Origin: Lama guanicoe
Lineage: Eukaryota
Assembly (NCBI GenBank): GCA_013239625.1
Contig: MU056050.1
Coordinates: 5,961,366 to 6,025,365, forward strand
Direction of reading: 5' to 3'
DNA length: 64,000 bases
Positions within the stretch are counted from its first letter, which is position 1; the number at the start of each line of letters is the position of its first letter. The notes below the pieces were generated by a model. It saw nothing but the letters and a program-made list of their open reading frames with translations. It was not told the DNA's origin and searched no databases. The position numbers and the translations under genes are program-made. Below, piece by piece: positions 24,421-36,240 of this stretch.

Positions 24421-25888
24421 ATTATATGAGTTATTCTCCTCATTCGTTTTATAGCTCATAGCATTCACAGAGGAGGAAAGTACAGTTTGAAAATTCATTA
24501 ATTAGGGCCCTGTTTACAGTTTTATTGTTAACTCTAATTGCTTGTTTGAAATAGTCTCCTGACTTCATTAAAGTAATTATTGCCTGTCAGTAAATGATGG
24601 GTTTGAATTTCTGCACATATGCTAGAATTTCACGCATCTTGCACTTCACAGCAGGAACCCAGTCTTAGTCAACACTTTCTTGCTCTGACATCTGCACTCA
24701 ATGCATAGGGTCTTACTTAAGCAAAGACATAATTATCCTTCAAAATAAAAGTGTAAACAGAATTGTGCAGCTCAGATTTGGTAACTTGCTCCTTTGTTGT
24801 AAACATTCTAGTTACATTATCTATATTGGACTTTCAGTATCACGGTAAGCAAATCATGGTACAAGGAACTAAACTCCAGGAAACTGAGGCCAGGCTGGGG
24901 GTGAAGGGAAAAATCCAGGCAGTAGACCTTACCAGCCCTGGGAAATTACCCAGGAGCTGGAGTTCTGGGCAAAGTTTGGAGTCCTGAGTCAAGGGTTCAG
25001 ATCTTCAATGCCGTATAAGCCTTAGAAGAATTATGTAAGCAAGGGTCAGGGGATATATCCAATACTTAAGAAATATCTATCCAACACCTATTATGTGCAA
25101 GAATTCGTAACAGGTAGTGAGTTACGCCAGGAGACTGGACATGGAAAATAAAGACAAAAACGGGTCAAAGTCTAAGAAAACATCCTGAACCAAGACATTT
25201 GTAGAAAAAGGCAAGAGTTCAAGTATCCAGACCAGCAACTGGGGCAGGCAATGTGGAGTGCTCCCAACAAAGGCTTTACTAACCAAAGCCAAATCCTCCT
25301 TTCTTTTCGGGGAGCTTCTCATATGCTCCCTTACCAAGGAATGGCCATGTTCAAGCTCACAAATGAAAGAATCTTTTAAGAGTCACGGGGGACTGGAGGG
25401 AAGAATGAAGTTAAAATGAGAGAGGTAAATAAATCCTAGTACACGTACATAAAACGTACAAGTATAAAAAGTGTATGTTATACATCTTCAGTACTGCCCA
25501 TAAGCCCAACAGTTTTTTTGCTTGTCTGTTTTCACTACCTACATTGTATTATTCATAGACTGGAATACTTTAAGTCTGATAAAAATCAGACAACTTTCTC
25601 AATTCCTCACCACCAATAAAGGAAAGAGAAATATATGCAGTACGTTTATGGGGCTGCAAAGGGAAATTCTGGAGATTCCATTCAAGATAGAGGAAATAGA
25701 CATAGGCTGTGGATGAGAGAAAACAGCAAAAAAGACAACAGAAAATGAAACAAGATGAGGTGAGCTCTGGGTTATGTTGTGACCCCTCAGGCAAACACTA
25801 TCCCAGGAAGGCCTGAGTTACAGGGGCAGAAGGGGTAGAAAGGGATGAAAAGAGGTAGTCAGATCCTAAAACAGGTTTCAAAATCTTT

Positions 25889-25939
25889 TTTTTTTAGTCT
25901 TTATTTTTAACACCTTTATTGTGGTATGATTCCTGTAAG
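25889..25939 (-). mobile_element. Very short L1 3' terminus insertion
   Basis: Poly-T, then TTTTTAACACCTTTATTGTGGTATGATT; imperfect TSD GGTTTCAAAATCTTT (25874-25888) / GGTTTTATAATCTTT (25940-25954). Confidence 0.5.
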
Positions 25940-26247
25940 GGTTTTATAATCTTTAAAGGTACCAACTGGTTTTATGAAAATTCCAATACACAAAATTGTG
26001 AAATTGCCCAACCAGAAAAGTGGGGTTCTATTTTCCAAATCACAAAAGAATTTTACTTTTTCTTGAAGATAAAGGCTTCCCCAAGTATACTTAATTAGCT
26101 GATCATGGACATAAATGTTTGACAAAAATAAACAATGTTAATTATATTTGTCTATGAATGATAGTCATGTATTTTATATTATATGTGGTTTTCCAAATAA
26201 ATCTGCCTTTGAATATACAATTCTATCATGTATCCTCGGATAACCGT

Positions 26248-26728
26248 GGGTTGATACGTCACTTAGGTTGGGTTCCCCCAGAAGCTGACCCTGAGACAAG
26301 ACTGTGACATAAAGTGGTATATTTTGAGAGTGATCCCAGGAAGCACCAGTACGAAAATAGGGAAGTGTTGCAGGGAGAAAAGGAAGCCTATACAGAGTGA
26401 TCACTGAGCAGGTTGCCATTATGGGTAACTGGGGCTCAGTCCCACTGGGGACCTCTGTAAGATAGTACAGAACACTCCTCAGAGTTATCCCCAGAGAGTG
26501 GGAGGGATTTGGGGTATTTATCCACCAATTCCCATCAGTTCTTGGTTGAGGGCTACTTCACTGGTTGTGAGACATGTGTTAACTCCCCAGCATAGGTCAC
26601 ATGAGCACCAGACACCAGAAAAAGCACACAGACAAGTGCTTGTAGTTCAAATATGTCAGATGGGTATACACAGAAATTAAGTACCCAGGAGATATGAGTG
26701 GGGTTCATCACTCAGTGTGTCTGCAACC
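26248..26728 (-). mobile_element. LTR16-type ERVL solo LTR
   Basis: TAGGTTGGGTTCCCCCAGAAGCTGACCCTGAGACAAG...GTGATCCCAGGAAGCACCAGT...GGGTAACTGGGGCTCAGTCCCACTGGGGACCTCTG. Confidence 0.8.
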
Positions 26729-26864
26729 CCGCACAACTTCTTCCAGCTACCTGAAGGACGAAGGAATAAGTTGAATGGCAATTTCGAGGCATCTTCTTAC
26801 TGTATAATTCTTCAATTATATAAAGAAAATATTGTTATAATTACTATAACATAGAAACATACAT

Positions 26865-27199
26865 TGCTAGAGATTGAAAGTTTGTGTCCCTCCCCCAAAG
26901 TCTTATGTTGAAACCCAACCCCCAAGACAATGGTATTAATACTTGGGCATTTGAGAGGTGATAAGGTCATGAGGGGTTAATGCCCTTATAAAAGACACCT
27001 CAGAGCTCCTTCCCCTTCTGCCATGTGAGGTGACAGCAAGAACAGCCATCTATGAACCAGGAAGGGAGCTCTCACCAGACAGTAAGTCTGCCAGCACCTT
27101 GATCTTGGACTTCCTAGCCCTAAAAATTGTGAGAAATGTTTGTTTAAGCTGCTTGAGTCTACGATATTTTCATTAGAGCAGCCCAAAGGATCTAATACA
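26865..27199 (+). mobile_element. MLT1A0-type solo LTR
   Basis: TG...CA ends; CTGCCAGCACCTTGATCTTGGACTTCC; flanks TACAT/CACAT. Confidence 0.88.
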
Positions 27200-28444
27200 C
27201 ACATACACACACTGATGACAGAAGCCAAGGACCATGGGTGTCTTGTTCACTACTAGAACCCCTTGTTCAACCTGTACCCATCTGATTAATCAACAGATGA
27301 ACAAATGAAAAAGTAAGGAATCACAAAGTATTCAATTCAGCTCATATTTATACGTCTTTGGTTGACTAGTCATCTACAACCTTTTGCTTTTTGAACAGAA
27401 ATCTCTTTTCTAGCAAAAGTCAGCTAATAGTCTATAGAATCCCAATTTTCAGTGAGGGAAAGAGTTCCTCTTTAAGCTAACAAATGCCTGTGTTTTACAA
27501 TAGCATGACAGACAGGTTCTTAATTGGTATGCTAATAGTTCTTCCCTGTGTATGGTCATTAACTCCAGTTGAATCTTCAGCCATTTACGCAATGTGTGTA
27601 TATCTATGCCACATACAAATACATTTGCATACATATAAACAAACAGGAGACCATGCAAATGGGTTGATTTTATCTGTATCAATTTTCTTTTATGGTACAC
27701 TCCCAAGTTTTGACAATTGGTTTAGCACAATTTAGCTGCAAGTACTTAAAATATTCTTGAATGTGGGGAAGTAACAAAATGCCTTTTCACAAGCTGCAGG
27801 AAGAAAGTTCACAAGAAAATTAGGGCAATTTTGCATAGCAACTTGTGTATTTACATATCAACAACCTATTTAATGAAGAGCACCAAAAATAGCAGATCGA
27901 GTGAGTCCAGAAGCTGCAAACACAACACATCCTGCTTAATTCAAAACAATAGCAGTTGAGCAAGCCTGGTTTGTGTTCTAATATTGGAAACATTCAATGT
28001 TTCTAAAAAAAAAAAAAATTCTGGCTTGCCTTCTTCAAACTAGGAGGTATGCTGATCACATAGGATGTGGTCCTTATCTACCAATCTCAGCCACCCTAGT
28101 GAACTCACTTCTCTTCTGAAGTGAGTCCTGGTCCTGACAGTGAATCAGTTAGCCATCAGTGACCAAGTGCCCTCTCTGAGCTGAACACAGAACTAAACAT
28201 TACTGAGGGGAGACAAAAGGAACGAGGCTCAGTTCCTGCCCTTGAAGAGTTACAACCCTGTTGCTCATATAGGACACACATTTTAAAAGAATAACCCCTA
28301 AAGATGCTTACAAAGCAACATTAGGCAGTGCCAGTTAGGAGCAGGGAGAGGAAGAGTGAAAGGGACTAAGCTCAAAATCTGCAAACCCATAAAGTGGGTA
28401 GATGGGAAAATACTTTTTTGACAAATCTTAAAATACTTGGACTA

Positions 28445-28636
28445 GCAAAGGGGTTGCAAGTCACTTGCCTCAGACAGAAGCCTGAGCCTATCTGGCCAGC
28501 CCAGTGTGCTTCAAAAACGTCTAAGTGAATGCCTACAGCTTCTATCACGGCCTACTCATGTTACCTCTGGTGGTTTCACACATTTACAGTTACTCTCTGG
28601 CCTGGCCAGTGAAGACATCTGAATTTGCTGGCCCTG
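28445..28636. mobile_element. MER102-like hAT fossil
   Basis: AGGGGTTGCAA ... GAAGACATCTGAATTTGCTGGCCCTG termini. Confidence 0.45.
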
Positions 28637-28674
28637 AATTAGAGGCTCACCTTTAAACTTGGAACAATGGTTGA

Positions 28675-28830
28675 GGATCTTGCTACTCAAAGTTGTCATC
28701 CATGACCTGGCCGCAGTGACAGCATCACCTGGGAGCTTATTAGAAATACAGAACCTCGGGCTCCACCCCAGACCTGCTGAATTAGAATCTGCTTTTGAAC
28801 AAGATCCAGACTAAAGCTGGAGAACTGCCG
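28675..28830. mobile_element. MER5-family hAT-Charlie element
   Basis: GCTACTCAAAG...CAGCATCACCTGGGAGCTTATTAGAAATACAGAA...CCCCAGACCTGCTGAATTAGAATCTG. Confidence 0.8.
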
Positions 28831-29112
28831 GTTGAGGACGCGTAGAAGAAAGCCCTACTTCAGCCAAGAATAATTAGAAGTTAAGGCTGTGCTACCCACC
28901 AAGAGATAATGCTGGGCGAAAAAAACCAGCTTGAGCAACGCTGGCATCACACGAACTACATATAGTGGACCTTTAAAGCAGTGATTCTTAAACATCAGTG
29001 TTCATCAGAATTATCTGAAGCGCTTGCCGACTCCCTGGCTCTACTCAGGTGGAGATCTTGATTGAGGACATGGAAGGTGAAGCCTTTCCAAAGACCCACA
29101 AGTGATGCCGGG

Positions 29113-29478
29113 TGCTACAGGCCGAAGCGTGCTCCCTGCCAAATTCGTATGTTGAAGCCCCAACCCCATAGTGTGACTATACTTGGAGGCAGGGCCTTTA
29201 GGAGTACTTACAGTTGAATGAGGTCATAAAGCAGGGTTCTAATCCAATAGGACCAGTGGTCTTATAAAAAGAGGAAGACTCTCTCCCTCTAGAGCACTCA
29301 GAGGAAAGGCCTTGTGAGGACGGAGCAGATGTGTGCAGCCAGGAAGAGCTTCCTCCCCAGAGCCCGACCACGCCGGCGCCCTGGGCTCAGACTTCCAGCC
29401 CCCCGAACTGTGAGGAAAGGAATGTCCGAGCCGCCAAGCCTATGAAACTTCGCTGTAGCAGCCTGAGCTGATGACGCA
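29113..29478 (+). mobile_element. MLT1A-type solo LTR with GC-enriched 3' half
   Basis: AAATTCGTATGTTGAAGCCC...GAGGTCATAA...GAGGAAAGGCC..GTGAGGAC...CAGACTTCCAGCC...GAACTGTGAG. Confidence 0.85.
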
Positions 29479-30232
29479 CGGAGTCCCCAGACCTCACCTT
29501 CACCCTGGACAGACATTCTTGTAGCTTGTCTCACAAGGAATGTGGCCTGTCTCTTGATATTTGCTATCCCAGGGCCTCTGAGGATTTCAGCGAAAGATCC
29601 CAGGAAAGTACAGCCCTTCACTCCTCAGATGAAAGAGGTGGGAGGGCCTCGGGGTCAGTTGCCGTGGTCAGAGTAGGGTGGCCTAGGTCACAGGACAAGG
29701 TGCTGTGCTGGTTGAGGACAAAAGAGGGTTCCCACAGGCAAGGCCAGCGGGGAAGCAGAATCCAGGCTGCCCAGTACTCTGCCCACTCCCGGCCCGTGCA
29801 CTTATCAGGTGAGCAGGCATTTGGTCTCACTTTCCAGTCCAGAGCCCTGCCCCGCCATGACCTCCATCCTCACCCTCAAACAGGACTGCTGTGGGGGTGG
29901 GATTCATGGCTGAGTGCAGTCAGTGCTCTGGGCTGGCTCATTTTGTGGCTGGTTTGCCCTGGGCTTCCTGCCCTTTTGCAATCCCAGCTCAAGGGCACAA
30001 ATTCTAAGTACAAACCCTGGGTCCCTCCCCTCAATCTCCAGTTAAGCCACTGCATCTTGGGGTTCCCCAGCTCCACTGCACTACAATGGAATCTCCCCAT
30101 ATTTCTCATCTCCAGAGCAACAGAACAACATGGCGACCTCGCCTCTGTTAGGGTAAGCAGATCAGGGATTTCCATAGGCAGAAACAGAGGCCAAGAATGT
30201 CCCAGTAAGTATAAAGACACCAACACTGGAGA

Positions 30233-30413
30233 ACACTGCTTTTCAAACTTCATTACACCTCAGTGTCACCTGGACAGCTGATTATAATGCAGATCTGGGA
30301 GCTCCCATTCTGACTCAGTAGGTCTGAGGCAAGGCCCAGGAATTTGAATTTTAAACAGCATTTCCGCTGATTCCAATGCAGGTGATCAGAGGACCACACT
30401 TTGAGAACCACTC
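30233..30413. mobile_element. MER5A DNA transposon
   Basis: ATTCTGACTCAGTAGGTCTGAGGCAAGGCCCAGGAATTTG...GGACCACACTTTGAGAACCACT. Confidence 0.85.
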
Positions 30414-32119
30414 TTTGGATCCACTGCTCCAGAATCACAATCCGTCACAGAGATGAGACAGCATACCTCTGAACTCTGGTTGCAATAGGAGAGGTGAGTG
30501 CTTTCCCTGTGATGGACATGGATGAAGGCACAGCTCTCTAAGATATTTTTTTAAGAAAAGCAAAGGATAGAAAATTCTAAGGGACAGGCCTGAGGTGGAG
30601 CCTCAGAGAAAGTAGCATTTTATTCCAGACTTCCAACTTCTTCCCCAACATCTGAAAGCAGAACCTGCTGTTGGTCTCCCCTAGGTGACCTGTGATTTTG
30701 TCCCCCTCTACAACAGCTTTTTAAGTGACTTTTCCTTCCTGAATCTTTACTTGGCCCCAGGCCAGAACACCTCCACATGGTCACCAGATTTTTTCCTTTA
30801 AAAAAATTCTGATCATGGTTCTTCCCTGCTTAAGAACCTTATGAGGATAGCGCTCCAACTGCCGTGTGCACTGGCTAGGAATTTATTTTTTAAATGCAGG
30901 TTCTCGAGCCTGCCTCCTGCCCCTTGCACACAAGCCAGCACACACATGCAGTTATAACTCTGTAGGTTTCGGGTAGGACCCAGGAATATGCATTGTAACA
31001 GGTTCCCCAAGTAATTCTGATGCAAACTCTGGACAGGCCAATGCTCATAAATTCAGGCAGGGTCTATCCCAGGAAACGTTAGCATTGTTCACTGGGGCCT
31101 TCAAGAGACACCATTCAATTCTTAGGACTTCAAGCTCTGTGGGAGGCGTTTGGGGCCTGAAAAATACAGCAGGGGAGAAGTAACCTGAAGCTGTCCTCAG
31201 AAAAGGAATGGCCGGGTCTCAAGGATCAGCTACTTTGTGAGAATCCAGGCCCAGGGTGTGCACCCACACTCCCTTCTCCTGTTGCACTTTTAAGTCGGTG
31301 GAGGGAGGAGGAGTTTTGAGGGAAAAAAGCCAAAAGAAAGGACGGGCAGGCAAGGAGGAAAGCAGAAAATACACTCAGTGCTTAGGGGATTGGCAGGGGG
31401 GCTTGCGGGGAGAAACAGATGAGGATTTAGAGCGAGGTATTTTTTTAATTGAGTAAGGAAATAATTCCACAGCATTAAGTGCCACATCATACCCGAGACT
31501 GAGCGGAGCAGCCCGGCCCAATACCGCATGCCATATGGCGAGTTAGAAGCCAAGCGGACCTGGTGCCCCCGGCTCGGAGGAAGGGCTACCTCTCGGAAGC
31601 TGGTAATTCCGCAGACCACCTGCGGTTCTTTTCACTGCAGCGTCCCTTGGGACCCGAGGCTGCTTTGTTTCCCCCAGCCAGGGCTGGTGGCTGTGTCAAG
31701 CATAGGTGGTTTTTTTCAAACCACATGTTTCAGGGCAGCTGACAATGAGGCAGTCAGCAGGCTTCAAGGGAAGAGTTTGTGCTGATTTCAGTCCCTGAGC
31801 CAGTCAAGCTACTTGATGAGACATTGCCATGAATAAAACCTAACTCAGGGATAGTCGTAAGGCCCCCACTGATGTCCCCCACTGCAACGATTTTGGATTT
31901 TCTAGCGTTGGATGCACTGCAATAGATGAGGTGTGGAACGTTGCTCTGGACTTACACCCCTCTATACACACACACAGACCCCATTCTAAAACTCTGCTTC
32001 CTACGTGCCATTAGACCAGGCACACAGGTGAGTGACTGCTCATTCAATTGCCAAGTCCAGCCTAGTGTATTAATGGGCACTAATGGCCAAATGATCACAC
32101 TTAAATGTGTCAGGTAAGT

Positions 32120-32355
32120 AACATCATGGTTAGGGGCCAAACATAACTGGACTAGCGCTTATGCCAGCGCTATCCCCTATTAGCTGCCTGACCTTGAGTG
32201 AGTCAGTTAACCACTGTGTGCCTCCATTTTCTCATCTGCAAACCACGGAAATAACAGCACAGATCTCAAAAGGTTTTACCAGCATTAAATGAGGTAATGC
32301 ATGTACAGCATGTAGTACAGAACCCATCAGATAGCAAATGGCCAGTCATTTTTAG
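32120..32355 (+). mobile_element. MIR
   Basis: TAGCTGCCTGACCTTGAG...GCCTCCATTTTCTCATCTGCAAA...ATTAAATGAGGTAATGCATGT. Confidence 0.8.
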
Positions 32356-35300
32356 CCATTTTGATGTTGCTGATGTCACTCCTCTCCAGCAGCGTTGGCA
32401 CTTCAGCAGAAAAGTTCTAGACACCTAGTATCCACAGTAATTCTGGGTATGAGGGAGAGCTGGTTAGGGGCTGCTGAGCTTGGGACACCTGTCAATTGCA
32501 GCACACCCAGAACAGAACTCATCAGAAATCCTGGATCTTTTCCTTACTGCTAGCCTGGACCACACCTTTTAATGTTTCCATCTCTTAACCACAAAATGGG
32601 AATGGCACTGGGGCCAAATGGTCTTCTCTGTATGAAAGGAAAGAAAAGAGGCCTAAAGAAAACACGAGGTAGGACTGCTCTGATCCTTTGTGCTGCTCGG
32701 TGGGCTATTTTTGGCACTCTGTCCTCACAGTATGTCTCTGTTTTTCATTCCGTGCCAGAATCAAATTCCAATTAGGGGTTCATCAACAGTAGGAATTCTG
32801 TGGCAGAGAATAAAATAATTGTGACATGTTTGTCTTAAAGCTGATTTTTACTTAATAAACCATCTGTTGGGGATAAACTGGTACCATACAAAAAGTTCTT
32901 TTTTTTTTATAGATCAATCAGAAAGTTTAAAGGTCCAAAGTGGTGTCTGTGCTTCGACAACCCTTATGCTAAGGGCAGAGCGTACATTTTTTAACATGTC
33001 AGACTACAGTTATAGCTGCTGATCAGGTGTCTAATTAGACTTCCACTCTGGGCAGGCAGGAAATGCCCTAAACCTTGTGTATCAAAGTGATTCACTGGGG
33101 ATGACTAATGTAATATAGGACACTCACATGGGCAGCAGGAATCAAGAAGCCAACTACAAACATACAGGGACTAAAATTAAAGAAGCAATCAGAAAGGATC
33201 CATCCTCTAGAGACACAACATAGCTCCCTCAAGGTGAAGTGATCAGTGGCCCTTTCAGACAAAACCTAGGTGTCACAAGGTTAGGCACAGAGGCCTGAGC
33301 CATCTACTAACAATTCTTCAGTGAGTCCCTTCTGAAGCTAGCCTTGATCCCACCACCCTCACTCTAACTTTGGGTTAAGCTGATCATAACTAAATTAATC
33401 CGGTCAATTAAATAATAGTAACGAGAGAGGAATCAATGATCCAGATTCATTTAATTTTTACTGGAACCAGGAGCCCCTATAGCCACGGCATCTAGGATCC
33501 TGCAGCAATAAATGCATATGAAATCTGAGAACAGAGTCCAGTCTAGAAGAATCTATGACAATGTTATTGACGCATGGCCAACCCCACGTCATAAATGCCA
33601 ATGTCTGCACTTCAAGCCTGTTTCAAGGAGAGAGGCTTTCACAAAGTTTTGATGAGCCCCACTTCCCCAGTCCCCTTCCAGTAAATATGATCCCTTCCCA
33701 AGTATAGCAGGCACATGACCCAGGTTTGATGGTGGAGGAACTCTCCCAACAGACAGTATAATTTAGTTGCAGTTACACTTTCCCATGTTTGCCCTTGCTT
33801 GCCTCTGGTTAGATCTTTTCTAGCATCTCATCTCACCCACTGGTTTACAAACTCGGCCACGACAGGATTCCTTGTCACCACGTCAAACCTCAAAAATCCT
33901 CAATTCCAGGTATTTATGGACTGTATAAAAGAATCAAATTTTTTTCCACCTTTAACCTTATTTATAGGGAGGCTATAACTGGGTCCAAACCACGTGTATG
34001 TGGCCCAAGTATATCCACTGAATTAGATGGAGAAGAAAGGAACAAAGGGAAGCAACAGACGAATGGTCATTTAAAGCCTTTCTGATTTTCTGATAATCAG
34101 GAATGGTGGCAGAGAACGGGAGATGAAGCCAAGTGTAAAAGGTTTCTGCACCCCGCTCCAAGTTCACTGTTATGTTAGATTTTCTATTAATATTGTCATT
34201 TTTTATAACAAAAGAATTATTAATTATTAGGAGTACGCAGCAGTGGCCTGTGAAAGATCACACTTGGGCTTTCCCTTTCTAACTTCCCAGGAGAGGAGTG
34301 GTGGGTATTCTAGGGAAAGGAAGGGTACGGGTGCTGGTATAGGCCTTCTGCTGTCCATCAGATAGGCCCCCAGGTGGTACCCGACCCAAGATAAAAAGTA
34401 CTGCCCTGATCTCTATGCATCTCATCAGCCATCTTATAGACTATATCCTGCTACTCAGCCTCCAAAGCCAGTGCCCACTGAAAATCTGAGCTAACGTTTA
34501 TTTCGTCCAACTCAGGAGCATACAGTGTCAGCAGCCAGGTCCACCTTGCCCCTCTTGGCATCACTACATTTTAGACCCCCACTGACATATCTAAGCACCA
34601 TGGACGATCAGTGCTAAACCATCACGTTGTGGCCGGCTAAGGGTTGTTTCAGTAGCTGCGTTTCTCCCAGTAAGGTTCTCCCTCCTGGGCTTTCAGCACA
34701 GAGAGAAACAAAAGCAAGACCCTCCTGCAGCTGTACCACTGCTAGTCTCTCAACAACTGGACACTAAGGCACAGTTGGCAGAGGCATGATCTCTGGCTTT
34801 GGTGACCCTCTATGTGCCCCAGTTACCCTGAGTCCAAATTATTCAGAGGCTCAGCTCCCTGGGAAAGGGAAACATGCTGAGACATCTCCTCTTAGAGGCT
34901 TTCCCTGCGCTGTGATCTGTGAGTCCACGATCACAGACGAACCCAGGGACTGTTTTTATCCACTGCCCCCGTCGACTCCCCAGGCCCCCAAAGAGACAGT
35001 GGTATCCATCAGGTCTCTAGAAGCTATTAATCTCAGGACCTTCCTTTCAGCCTGAAGAATGCCCCTTCACTGGTCCCTGTTATTAATGTATAGAGCTGAT
35101 TCAAAGCACACTGCTTCCGTGCCAAGATTTCACTGTCGGATTTCTTTATCTTCTCCAGCCTGCTCTGTGCCTCACGTCAGATGGTCTCCTATGGTGGAGG
35201 CGGGGGAGGGCAGGGAAGCAAGGAGCCAGAGCGGAGGAAAGAGGAAGAAACGAAGAATAATCAATGTTTTGGGGGTTTTTTTTTGTTTTTTTTTTTTGAT

Positions 35301-36084
35301 AGCTAGAGCTTGCCTTATGACATATCCGGAGCTCCCTCCAGCCTGCACCAAAATCTGAAATTTCAAACAACATTCATCCTTTTGACTTCATTTCAGTTCA
35401 ACAAAGATGTATGGGGCATTGACTTAAAGTAAGATACATGCTAGACTACATGGGGTGTGGTTCCCAGGCTTTAGGACGACTAGCATGGATGGGAAATGAG
35501 AAGTAGACAAAACTAAGTAGGAACTGCCAGAGAAAGGAATGGCCCCTCTAGTAAGTACAAGGACATCAAAGATAGGGGAACAAGGACACCTCGCGGGAGA
35601 GCACAGGGAGGTGGCCCTAGGATCTCAGAGCATCACTAAAGGCAAAGTGCTACAAAGCACAAGGGGAAGCACCCATACAGGACTCCTGTACCACTTCTTG
35701 AGGTCCTTCTCCAAATTGTACATCTTTAAAACATCTCAAATATGGCTTCCAGCCTAGCCTCACATGTGATTAAAGTAGGAACACATCTCCAGCATACGAA
35801 TTGAGGAACAAAGACCACCGCCTCACGTCAAAGTCCATCCCTGACCAGGAAACTATACAAACCGAAGTAGCCCACCCAGAGGGGTTGCTTCCTCAGGCCC
35901 TTTCCCAGCACCCATCTTTCTCCAGAAGAGGTGAACAGGTCAAAAATCACTGCTCACAGTGCCAAGAGGGTCCTGATGAAACCTGAGTGTGCCAGGTACC
36001 CGTGGTGGAGTCGAGAAGGAGGGGCAGGAGAAAGGGCAAAATGGGTGGGCGGCTCCGCTTGGGCCAGACTCTGCCAGATCACCT

Positions 36085-36240
36085 CTGCCTTAGCTTTGAC
36101 TCCTGTCACCTCACCTTGGACAAATTACTTCAGCTTCGTGGGCATCAATTTCCTCACCTGTGTGGCAGTAAAAACGATGACACAGCAAGGCTTATGAGAT
36201 GGTACTTGTATGGCTCTGGACAGCGCTGGCTCAGGAAATA
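36085..36240 (+). mobile_element. MIR fragment
   Basis: CACCTTGGACAAATTACTTCAGCTTC...CATCAATTTCCTCACCTGT. Confidence 0.6.

Noticed and set aside
29526..30281. Longest ORF (251 aa, +)
   Set aside because: Non-ATG start, no recognisable domain, composition typical of GC-rich non-coding DNA, and it runs into a MER5A.
30433..30500. Possible plus-strand exon ending GAG|GTGAGT
   Set aside because: Stops in all three frames and a weak acceptor adjoining a MER5A.
32020..32120. Two consensus plus-strand donors (CAG|GTGAGT, CAG|GTAAGT)
   Set aside because: No convincing upstream acceptor or recognisable coding sequence.
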